Shown here: one piece after another, positions 53,001 to 64,000 of the stretch
How the letters are laid out: every line of letters starts with the position of its first letter
How positions within the stretch are numbered: the first letter of the stretch is position 1
DNA from: Lingula anatina
Lineage: Eukaryota; Animalia; Brachiopoda
DNA length: 64,000 bases
Direction: 5' to 3'
NCBI GenBank assembly: GCA_051362555.1
Contig: CM120640.1
Span: 31,391,967-31,455,966 of the forward strand
The notes under the pieces: generated by a model
Seen by the model: the letters and a program-made list of their open reading frames with translations, nothing else
Database searches by the model: none
What the model was told of the DNA's origin: nothing
Made by a program: the position numbers and the translations under genes

Positions 53001-56000
53001 GCGGATCGTGTTTGTGTACAGGCTGTAATAGGTTATCACTTTTGATGTCTGAGTTTCATTTAAACACCTCAATTAATTCTGCGAAAAAAAAGCGAAAAAA
53101 TATCCTATCAATATTTATTAAACTCGTGCCCCGTATCTTTTCTATGGCTGTGGAACATACGTTACATTACGGTATGCGAAGGATGCAAGGCGTAGTTGGT
53201 ATTGTAACTAATACACCCAAAATTTGAAACTGTCAATGAGTTTTAAATTCACGACGAATATGATCAGTGGTAGATAACTTTTAGGTAACAAAGTTTTCAA
53301 ATCTCTATACAATTGACAATTACTGCCATTGAAAGAGTCATCAACGTGGAAATTGTAAAGAAAAAATGATCTTTAGTTTGAAAGTAATTTTCCTAGATCT
53401 GATCAATTTAAATGTATTTTCCTAACACTTTTCCACTATTAATGACTCATAGGCTTCTGATAGTGTTTAGCTTGCACAAATTTCCACAGCGCTCAACTAA
53501 TGATCGTGTTTGTATCAGGCGATTCAGTGGTAACGTATGTTCTTTCTTACGCTTTTTTCACTTCAAACGGCTATCAATTTATTTGCTCACAAAACAGAAA
53601 CGCGTGAGCGTAAAATTTGGACATTTGTGGATTTTTGTTCTATACACATGTACGTTTTAAAAAATTGGATAATACATCGAATTCATTCAATTTCATTTTT
53701 TGAGATTTGAACTTGTGAAATGCACCTCTATATTGGGTTTGGGTGGACAGCGTGACTAACCGTATGCAAAGCCTGAATGGCATTTGAATAATGAATCGTA
53801 TGCACTCTCACACACGTTTTAGCGCTTTTATTTACTTTAAATATCTAATATATAAAACGTAAATAAAAATGCTTGAACACTGTCGCTGAAGTATTTTTTG
53901 TTTTATAGCATATGCATCTTCAGCTTCACAAACCAATGCTTCTTGCATAGCTGCGTACATAAACATACACTGTATACCAGTAAGTGATAATTACAAGGGA
54001 ATCTTTGTATTCTTGAATTTTTAATATGTGAATTATACCTACATCATATTTGAAAGGAATATGATGAATATCTTGATTGATGAACCCCAAAATTATTAGT
54101 ATTATTACTAGTCCCCAGAAGATCCATCATGAAGAATGCTTAACCACTGTCTTGATAATAGCAAAGAGCCAAAAAACACTGGCTAGTAAATGATTTTATT
54201 TCAGGTATCAAATATAAGTTTCTCGATCAGCTCTGTATGCAGGTGCAGACAATTTTGACAGGTTTTTTCATCATGTAATATGTGAACTAATAAAAGGTAT
54301 AATATTTTCTTTAAAATTCAGCAATGATTAAACTCTCCCAAATTGTATATAAGCTTTTATTCCAAAAATACTACCAAAATATTGTGTATATATATGCCCT
54401 GGTATATGAACTAGCTATTAAGGGAGAGTTGTTATCACATTTGCAAATTTTATAGTATGCTCACAGATTAGTGAAAAAATGATGTTTTGAAAATTTAAAT
54501 AAATCATGAATGTTGCAAACATTACTAAAAGTAAATTATACTTAACAGTATTATTTCCAGGTGTATTGTGACATTTCTGCTGTGTTTTAAGTCAATTAAA
54601 GCAAAGAATACTCTATTAAATCTTTGTCTTGCAACTGTACTAAAATATGTTGTCTGAGATAAAGGTAGAGATACACTGTACATGTTCACTTTTAATTTGA
54701 ATGATTTTTGCCTTCTTCAAGTTGAAACTAGATCATATAATATACACAAGTCCCATGTAAATGCCTTTATTTAATCTTTTTAAAGTTACCTTTTCATATA
54801 AGATTTTCACTGAATTTTTATGCAAATTATCCTAAAGTAACCACCTTTAAAACTTGCATATTGTATGTTTATTTACCTGTGTGATAACCTACCCTCTTGA
54901 TAAACTTGGGATAAACCTAATGGTCTGTTTTTTTTTCAGATATTTGCTGAAATGAAACATGATAACAAAACTTTAAATAAGTATTTGTAAAAATGTACAG
55001 AATTTTGTCTTACTAATGTAATATATGGCATGAATTTTGCATGGATTTGTAGTCTGTTTATGAAATATGCAGACTGCCTAATTTTATGCTGGACACCTTA
55101 TCTACATTAATTATCACAAAAACAACCAAATGCTTTCTCAGTGTTCCATCTGTGCACATGAAGGTCATTCATATGATACAGCTCTATATGCTTGCTTGAA
55201 ACTTGGGTTATTAAGATCTGTAACATATCTAATTAAGGTCATCAGATGGCCATATGATGAATAGAAAAAGGGGTTAATTGCCTTCTAGATAGCATTTGGC
55301 CTTATTTATATATTCTGTCTGTATTTGAACACAACTTCCAATTAAATGATATGATCAAAGTAAAGTCGTCATTACACAGTTAGTACTTTTCTCTTTCCTG
55401 GCATATTGTTCTTTTCAAATCTTTGATAGGATGTGTGCAATTTGAGACTGACACTGTTATCTCCCTGTGGTGTTTTGCATATGAATTTGGGAATCTTTTC
55501 TTGATATCTTTTCCTACAGTTTTTATCAGGTTCAGTGAATCTTTCATATAATGCATCTTTAATTTGTTGTTGTGTACCTGGATTTTTTTTTTCGTTGAAA
55601 ATCAAATCAGTGCTTGTGAAAGTGTTGAGCTAGAAACCCTCCAGGCCTGAACACCATAAAATGTAGTAGTAGTTTTTTATTGAAGTGTTCGACTGCAACT
55701 TTTCTCTTATCCTTGTTTTCTATTTTCCCTCAAGAAGAGTAATTTCATGGGGGTGGGAAGATAACCTTAATTACATTTCTATAAAATGATATGGAATACA
55801 AGTTCTTCATATCTGTATTGTCACTGTATTGTATTTGTACCATTTAACAAATGTCAGAAAGTAATATTTTTGCACATTGCAGATTTGATATATATCGGAA
55901 GATCCCTAAGGATTTAACACAGCCAACCCAGACTGGGGCTGTCATCTCAATTCTCAGCACATTGTTTATATCATACCTTTTCCTGTCAGAGCTACTGGAC

Positions 56001-59000
56001 TATATATCAGTAGATATGTAAGTGCCATACAAACAGTATTCGTTTGTATATGAATCATAACTTAGATAAGAAAAGAACAGTAACAGTACTATAGTGTGCA
56101 TATACCATGTAGAGAATCAATTTATTGCACTATATGAATTGTTTTCCAATAACCACATTAACTAAAAATGTCAGTATTATTGTAATATTAAATCAAGCTT
56201 AAATATATTTATTTATTTATTTATTTATTTTGGCTGTATTACAAGCTTGTTGGTGTAGTGCAAAATTAAATGAATAATAAATTACTTTTAATAATTTTTT
56301 CTTTTTAGATTTTTGGTTTTCACTTGTTTCAAATTTTACTTGAGCATGTTTCAACAGTTTGTCTGTGGATAGTTATTAATAATTGTTTTTGTTTTTTAGT
56401 GTCAGTGAAATGTTTGTAGATGATCCAACAACTGACAGAATTCCAGTGAAAATTGATCTGAGTATCCCACATCTGCCGTGTCAATGTATGTATAAATACA
56501 GGAGACTCCTTACTTACAGATGGCATATATTGCTATATGATCACAATGGATGATAACACATTTTAGCGTAAAAAAATTATACTGGCAACAGGATATAATA
56601 GAATAAATTGAAAATGCAGATATACCTATATTTCCAGACACACAGGAAGCAGGAGTAAATGTCCTGTAACAGATATGAATTATTTTATAGTACCAGTTTA
56701 TAACACAATACAAAATCTACATGCCAAACAATCAAAATTAATATTCGGCGCAGTAGAAAAGAGGCTTTAAAACTTCACCTTAAAATCTCTGGTCATAAAT
56801 TTGACCTACTTTTTTCCCTCCAGTTTGTAAGGCAGAGAAAGTAAGCTGAAAATATATCTATAAGTTTAATTATATGCGCTGGAAATAATGTAATGGAACT
56901 CTGCTGTTACCATCTTTATATGACACATTTGTTTTTCACCACATAAGTGTCAAAGGGTTTTTTGTTTTACTTGCACTGAACAGCTCTGTTTAGTAAAATG
57001 TCAGGTTTCTTGTGAAAATCATGATTGGAATATATTCATTGTTTACTGCAATGTTAAAATTGAGCAACCCATTGTTGAGGTCAAAATTATTGAAAATTTT
57101 GAGAATTTTAAACTTATTTTGTCTCTTTGAATTACTTCATTTTTTTAACATGTGTGTATGTGCGTGTCTTATTGTCCTATTTAGCTGAAAAGAATAAAAA
57201 GACTAAAAATTTATATTGAAATATTATGTTTTCAGTCATTGGATTAGATATCCAGGATGATCTTGGGCGCCATGAGGTGGGCTTTGTAGAGGACACTGAT
57301 AAAACACCAATTAATGAAATGAGGGGCTGCAGGTTTAAGGCCAGTTTTAACATTAATAAGGTAAAAATGTTATTCCAAATATGACATAAGTACCTTATTC
57401 CAATAAAAATCTCAAATCTGTACTTATACCTTACTCTGGTAAGTTTTCTTAGTGTATAGTCAACTAACTGTTTCGCTAAGAATCTGAAATCTAACTATTG
57501 CCATCTGTAACCCCTTGAATAAAAGTTAACCTGAAATGTACCTGGTGTTGATATCCCAGCCTTCACTGGTAGCCAAGTCAGCTGGGAATGTCTGCATTAT
57601 ACGTGGCATGGGCCTAATACTAAAATCAGTGCCATTTTCATGTGTTATGAAGCAGTCATGCTTGTTGAAGGTCAGGAATGCAAATGTTGTTCTAAAAGAC
57701 TGGCCAGTCATTTAGAACTTAATTATTTAATTAAATTGTAAAAATATTTAAATAAATGAGGAGGGAATGGGTCAAGGAAAGGTTTGCTTTTTTCCCCCCA
57801 GGAAAATTCGTTTTGGCAAGTAAGTCAGTAAATCACATGCAGTGTATGATGTCTGTATGTGTGTCAACTTTGATGCTTAGATTTACTTTTATCACAGTGT
57901 AAATACAGTAATAGTTTTAAATGAGTTTATATGTTTTATAGTTAGAATGAGTGACATGCTTTTGATTAAAGTGAAAAAAATTACATTTTTGTCATTTCAG
58001 GTACCTGGCAATTTCCATATATCAACACATGCATCCCAGGTCCAACCAGATAGCCCCAACATGAATCACATTATCCATAGTCTTGTGTTTGGAGACACAA
58101 AAGGAAAGGTAAAGAAAAACCATACCTTTTTAAAGGTGTACAATGCAGTTTAGACATTTACATAGCAAAAAAAAAAAAAAAAAACATTTTTCTTTTACTA
58201 CCAAGGTAAACCCTGTCCAAAACTCTCAACAAAATTACCATTTATAAACCTGGGCCCAGCTTCATCACCACTGGATAGCACTATCCTCTGGATAACATTA
58301 TCCATTGGATAAATATGTTATCCTAAGGACAGTTATGCTTTGGGTAAGGTAATATTTCTGAAAGTCTAGATACTTATTTTTGTCTCTGATATTGATATCT
58401 GGTGGTTAAATTTGGCTGCTATCCTCAGAATATCTGTCCAGAGGATAACTATTCTATTCAATGGATAGTGTTATCCATAGGAAAGTGCTATCCATCACTG
58501 ATGAAACTGGGCCCTGGTTTTAAGTCCTTAGTTTCTTATACTTGAGTCACTCTCTTAATGAAGACACGAGTTGCACAGAAACAGATGCTATCTTAAGTTA
58601 AAGTTTTGATTTAACTGATCAGCTTTGAATATTGAATATTTATTGCATTGATTGATTTTTTTAAAATTCCCACATATTTTTCAGCATTCACATTTACCTG
58701 GATCCTTTAATCCACTTAAAGATGTGGAGAAACAGGATGCTAACCGTAAGATTTTAACTTTTGCATCAATCAAATTTAAAAATAATTTGTGTCAGTGAAA
58801 CATAAACCATTTGGCTTAAGGAGGTATGTCTTGAAACACTTAAGTGACTTTAGATGCCACAATATTCTAAAAAATATGAAATGAAATATTAATTTTTAAA
58901 GTTCATAACAGATGTGCACGTTTCTTTTTCAGCCTTGTCATCTCATGATTACTTCTTGAAGATAGTTCCCTCAATATTTGAAACAGTTGGAGGCAAAATA

Positions 59001-59816
59001 TCTTATCCATACCAATACACATATGCTTATAGAGTAAGTGCTGTTTAATAAATTGTTTTGGTGTGCAGGTATTACTTTTAAGACATCATGTCATTTCATT
59101 TTCATCTTTTTGTATGTAGATGATAAAAAATGGTGTACGTATGTGTTAACATGACCTACTAAATATTTTCCTTGTTGTTGCTCATCATCCTTTCCATCCA
59201 AGTCAACAAGCATTTTGGTAAAATGTTCACTTCATGAAAATGCAAAATTTTATTGCAGGATTATTTACAATATGGACATGGACATAGAGTACTACCAGCA
59301 ATTTGGTTTAGAATTGACCTCAGTCCTATTACAGTGAAATACACAGAGAAAAGGAAACCATTTTATAGTTTCCTTACCATGGTGAGTATCTGAGAAGTTT
59401 AAAATTTAAGTACAGAACAGGGTGTGGGAAGGAGGATTTAATATTCTATTCTAGATTCAATTTATGCAAAAACATTTTCACTTTATTTTACATAACTTGT
59501 AATAGGGGGTACATGACTGCTTATGTCTGCCTTTTACAAGACAACAGGTGTCATGTGGTACAGACTAAATGATGACATATTACAGTATTAATCCAGTCAC
59601 TGTTGGAAAAATCTCTAGTGATAATCCAGTATATTGTCCCTGCTTCTGATAGATAGAATGGCTACTTTTTTTATAAGTTTTCTAATAAAATGCTGTTCTG
59701 TCTTTCAGATCTGTGCCATTCTAGGAGGAACATTCACAGTGGCTGGCATCATTGACTCCCTTATCTTCACTGCTGCAGAGATTTTTAAAAAGGCAGAATT
59801 GGGAAAACTTAGTTGA
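50088..59816 (+). CDS. ERGIC1: Endoplasmic reticulum-Golgi intermediate compartment protein 1 (288 aa, 9 exons)
   Basis: Exons 50088-50107, 55883-56017, 56400-56485, 57236-57360, 58001-58108, 58685-58745, 58933-59033, 59259-59381, 59709-59816. Sequence MQFDIRRFDIYRKIPKDLTQPT, GLDIQDDLGRHEVG, NKVPGNFHISTH, ICAILGGTFTVAGIIDS...ELGKLS. Confidence 0.96.
50397..53745. mobile_element. 3.35-kb DNA transposon with 25-bp perfect TIRs and 4-bp TSD (Chapaev/CMC-like), coding region decayed
   Basis: CACCCAAACCCAATATAGAGGTGCA at 50397-50421 and its exact reverse complement at 53721-53745. GACA on both flanks. Internal GGAACATACGTTAC repeats. Confidence 0.85.
58249..58517. mobile_element. About 270-bp MITE with long imperfect TIRs built from GGATA-N4-TATCC palindromes
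   Basis: CCTGGGCCCAGCTTCATCA ... TGATGAAACTGGGCCCTGG, with internal GGATAGCACTATCC, GGATAACATTATCC and GGATAGTGTTATCC. Confidence 0.8.
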
Positions 59817-60782
59817 TCTCATCATCAGAAATAGAGGCCGCTGTTCATAGAAGTTACTGCATTATTATGTACATTGACTGTATGTTATTTTGCTTGTAGT
59901 TATGATTCTGTGGGAAATGTTTGCATTTTTGTGTAGCATTTAATATAAGCATGCTGAATGTGTGGGCCACATGCTGTTGACAATATCTGTGTAGATTTAA
60001 CAAATAATAGAAACAGATTGAAATAAGGGTTCATTTTAGTAAAGAATCTTTTTAAATACTTTGCAATTGTACATGAAAAACACATGATATATAGTATCCT
60101 AAGAAAATGTTTCAAGTTACAATTTAATTTTATGTTGAATGGCAGTTACATGCAGGTACTTTCAGCAAAAGTTCTCTCACTAAGCCAAGTCTTATTTGAT
60201 ACTTGGTTTACGTACAGTAAAAACTCATCCATTCCTAATAACTTTGTTCTTTACACAAATGAACCCCTATATCAATATATTTTTACATTCACACATATTG
60301 TTGATTCAAGACTAAATGATCCATGCTAAAAGCAACTTACAGGTGGAAGGTCCACAGATGTGTAATATTTGATCTCTTCCTTTCAACATTTAGCTGTGAC
60401 AGGTATTTTAATATCTTTAAATTAGAAAAAGAGTATTTCAGAAAAATAGTGCTTAGTGATGTAGACAAAGGGTAAAATTTATTGGTTGAACTAGTCTTAT
60501 ATTTTCAGAGATGTATTGTTCACATTTTGTTCTGTAGATAATTCTAAAATAGTACTAATGAGAGTTATTTACATGGACAAATAATTAGTTTGGTATATAT
60601 GTGAATCTAGTCAGTGCTTTGAAAGAAACCTTATTCTTTCTTATATGAAGTATACAAGACCATGCAGTATTTTACTGGATAAACAAGAAATAAAAGGAAA
60701 AAACAGCATGTTTTCTTAGATCAAAACATTTATTGTGCTCAGTAGGCTTGACAAATTAAATATCTGTCATGATCTTATTTAA

Positions 60783-61116
60783 AGGGATAATAACTCTTCG
60801 TTTCTGCCAAAAAATGAATTTTCCTGGAGTAAACAATTTTCCCATACTTACCAATGGTTAATGAATCCATTTTAACATTCAAAGTAAGTCCCTGTTTTTT
60901 TTCTAAAAAGTTTGGTTTTTTGTTAAAATCTCTTAAGAGATTTTAACAGAGTATAGCCATCAATGGAGGTCACGTGGTCTTAAGACAAGCTCAGATATCA
61001 GAATAATAGCTATAACTGTTGTTTTTGTGGTAAAACAGAATATATTATATTTCTATGAGTTATTCACAATGTTTTTATTGTGAAATATAGATCTCATACA
61101 AAGAGTTATTATTCCT
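60783..61116. mobile_element. Non-autonomous Kolobok-like element with TTAA TSD
   Basis: TTAA|AGGGATAATAACTCTT ... AAGAGTTATTATTCCT|TTAA. Homologous to 26658-26972. Confidence 0.8.
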
Positions 61117-62389
61117 TTAATATGCCATATTTCTCTTGTGTTAATCCATTTCAAGACACATTTTGTTTAAGCATAACATCTGAGGACCATACATAGTCAT
61201 GTATCAGTTTGATGAGGGTCATAAATATTCTTTAATATACTGTCTTTGGTTGATATCAAGCAAAGTTGGAGAGTAGAAAAAATTAGATTTATGCGTAGTT
61301 ATGATTATGACATTGATAAAGGTGCTCCATGATGTGTTTCAGATATTTAAAAAAAAAGATGTAGTTCTAAGCTAAAAGCATTATCCAAAATATTTTATCA
61401 TAAAGGCTGGGGAAGTGTCAATAAATATTTTTCAATAGTTCTTTTGCTTTGTTGTCCTGCTTATTAGCAACAATTGTTGCTAGATGCCTTTTGATTGTTT
61501 TTTTAAAGCCTGGGTCATACTGTGCTTGCAACCTTAGTTGCCATAGGTTTGAAAGTGGTCACATGAGGTTGCCAACAGGTCACCAGCAAACACTGACACA
61601 TGATGATGTTTTTTTTTTTTTTTTTTGCACTGACAACCAGTACAACTGATAATGAAAAACATTGGTATCTCAGAGGTTGCCTATTGATCTCTTTTTGGTT
61701 GTCAGTAGGTTGCCATAACCAAACTATAACCAGCTGCATACCGTCGATTGACGGTCCTTAGTCACTTGGTCGCAAACAAGTTTTCACTGGTTGCAAGCAA
61801 TTGAAAACATCGCTAGAAGGTTGCAAGCAACCATAATAAAATAGGTGTGGGATGTTGGCTTATATGAGCATGTACTAAATATATAATTCATTTATATTAT
61901 ATCATGTATGCCTTCTTAATATCATGATAAAAATCATGATATCTTAGTTAAAACATTGTATTTGTGCCAGCATTTGAAATAAATTTACAAGGTTTACAAA
62001 GACAATTTTTTCAATAAAATAAATACAAGTATGAGTGCCTACCAGCCACCATACTTGTTCAAAAGTCATATAAATAGAGGCTGCTGAGACAATGCATTCA
62101 GTCCTCAGTATGTCATCCAACAGAGTGGGAAGGGTGGCAAGAATGTATGTTGAGACAGCAAATGCCTGTGAAGAAAGTTCACTAACATGCAGTTCCAACA
62201 CAGAATCTGTCTCACACAAAGAGGAGCAGTTGAGAGATCATAGACAGGGTGCAGATAGGGAGTCTTAAATCCACTATTAGCGGAGGAAGAGTTGGTTGAG
62301 TTTTTAAACAAAATGAGAAATTCCATAACCTATGTTTGAAAATAAATCAAAGCTGGAGAAATAGATGGGTTCAATCAACAGAAATCGTA

Positions 62390-62645
62390 CCGACCCACTG
62401 CAGCGTTTTTTACCAATAGTAACACAAAGAAAACAACAAACAAGCCGAAAAGAAAAATAAAATGCTGCTCTATCACATGCCTAGTTGTGTTGGAACAGGA
62501 AAAATGCCATGAAATAGCAAAAAGAGGCCATCTGTGATTTAGCTGTCTTACGCCCAACCATACAAGCCAAAAATGCCTTTCTAAATTTCGCTGCAGAAGT
62601 TGTAATGGAAAGCACCACACCGCTCTTCATGCTAAACAAGAGTGA
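62390..62645 (+). pseudogene. Decayed BEL/Pao retrotransposon gag fragment (zinc knuckles)
   Basis: PTAAFFTN...RGHL*FSCLTPNHTSQKCLSKFRCRSCNGKHHTALH, the BEL/Pao Cx2Cx4Hx4C and Cx2Cx3HH pattern, with TGA replacing the first Cys. Confidence 0.75.
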
Positions 62646-63050
62646 TTTTCAGAATTTTCAGAGAAGTTACATTGAAAGACGTGGTGACAATATGTGGCCA
62701 AATTGCCTTGGAAAACTGAACACAGTCCTCTACCTACAAATTATGGCATCAAATACTGTATGAAAGTTACGCGTGTATGACACTATCATCAAGAATTAAG
62801 AGAAACATAACTTTATTGAGAAAGTATGCGATGATGACACTTCAAATGGACATTACCTGCTTCACAGCCCTGTAAAAAAGGATTCCATTACAACACCAAT
62901 TTCTAATACTTTACGACTGCAGCGCAAAGGCCACACCTGACGACCTCAGCTACTTAATGATCTTGTTGGAAGAAAAACTCAAGAAATCAAAGAAAAATCA
63001 AGAAATTCAAAATGTTCCCTAAATAGGATAACAGATCTGACCAGGAGGAA

Positions 63051-64000
63051 GTGAGAAACTTGGAGGAACAGTTGGAAGAAGCCTGCAGAGCTCTTGAATC
63101 TGAAAAAGAAAATTCTGCGCACAGAATTCAAGTTGCTGTAGAAGAAGCAGAGGCAGAAAAAGAAAGATTACTCAGAAAAGCAAAAGAGAATGCTGACATC
63201 CTAGAGGCAAGTGCTGAGGCTGCAGAGCAGAGAGTCAGAGCCCTGAAGCGACAGAAAGAGACAGCTACACCAATAGAACACAGAGCCCAGAATGCAGTCA
63301 TAACAGAAACAATAACCCCTACCCTTAATCACCCAGCACCAAATGAAATAACACTCCCATTTCACAGAATTAACAGTCCTAGTCGTACTAGTATGCAAAC
63401 TAATTATGGAATTCCATTGCCCAGACAGACTCTTTCCTGGAAAAGAATCCTGGGAGGGTTTCATTGAGCCATTCAAAGTTCTAAGCCAGACTTGTGAATG
63501 GAGTGAGTCAGAAAAACTGTTTAGATTATGTAACAGTCTGCATGGTGAGGCTGCTGATTTCGCCTTTGTCCAGTTGCCAGCAGAGGTAGTAAATTCCTAT
63601 CCTCTGTTACAGAGGGCATTGCAAAACCGATTTCAAGAAAAGCGTACAACAAGCTCCTATTTATCAGAGCTAGAGAACAGAAAGCTCAGCCCAAGAAAGA
63701 AACTGCCAGAATATATCTCCGATATTAGAAAACTTGTACTAAAGGGCTACGTACCCGACGGCTGACTGCACCACCCATGAGACAATTGCATTGCGCCACT
63801 GCATAAAAGGTTTGCCAGACCATCAAGCCGCCGTAGCAGTGGGCATGAAAACACCCAAAAATCTGGATGAAGCAAGGGAGGCCCTTGAGATGTACGACAG
63901 TCTAAGAGAAGAGACAGAGAAAAGACCGAGTATTAGGGCAGCGAATCCAGAGGCTGTTGTGACTGAAGTCAGCAACACCAGCTTGAAAAGAAGTTTGACA
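63051..64000 (+). mobile_element. Ty3/Gypsy-type gag, frameshifted, running off the window end
   Basis: Coiled-coil N-terminus, then SWEGFIEPF...W...EKLFRL...LHGEAADF...LQRALQNRF...YISDIRKLVLKGY, continuing as PTAD...ETIALRHCIKGLPD...VGMKTPKNLDEA. Frame breaks near 63430 and 63750. Confidence 0.85.

Noticed and set aside
50577-53542. GGAACATACGTTAC repeats as a CRISPR-like array
   Set aside because: Eukaryotic context, 14-bp units, irregular spacing and mixed orientation inside a TIR element.
61506-61862. Region enriched in GGTTGC/GCAACC motifs
   Set aside because: Probably a degraded MITE, but TIRs and TSD could not be established.

Overview
AT-rich, intron-rich eukaryotic (animal) genomic DNA, probably a marine invertebrate such as a lophotrochozoan; the taxon is inferred, not shown. 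Seven spliced protein-coding genes were assembled by hand from GT-AG exon chains. In order they are NOA1 (-, 3' end unresolved), SLU7 (+), CCDC125 (-), MRPL43 (+), an unnamed secreted cystine-knot precursor of the Trunk/PTTH/Noggin-like group (+), a DUSP1/4-type MAP-kinase phosphatase (-) and ERGIC1 (+). Mobile DNA includes a 3.35-kb CAC...GTG terminal-inverted-repeat element with a 4-bp target duplication in ERGIC1 intron 1, several MITE/foldback elements, a truncated RTE LINE whose target duplication copied a SLU7 splice donor, and decayed BEL/Pao and Ty3/Gypsy gag sequences at the right end. The main highlights are the furin-processed cystine-knot ligand lying tail-to-tail with an ERK phosphatase, and the DUSP-ERGIC1 divergent pair that mirrors human 5q35. 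Gene names come from recognised motifs; no database searches were run.
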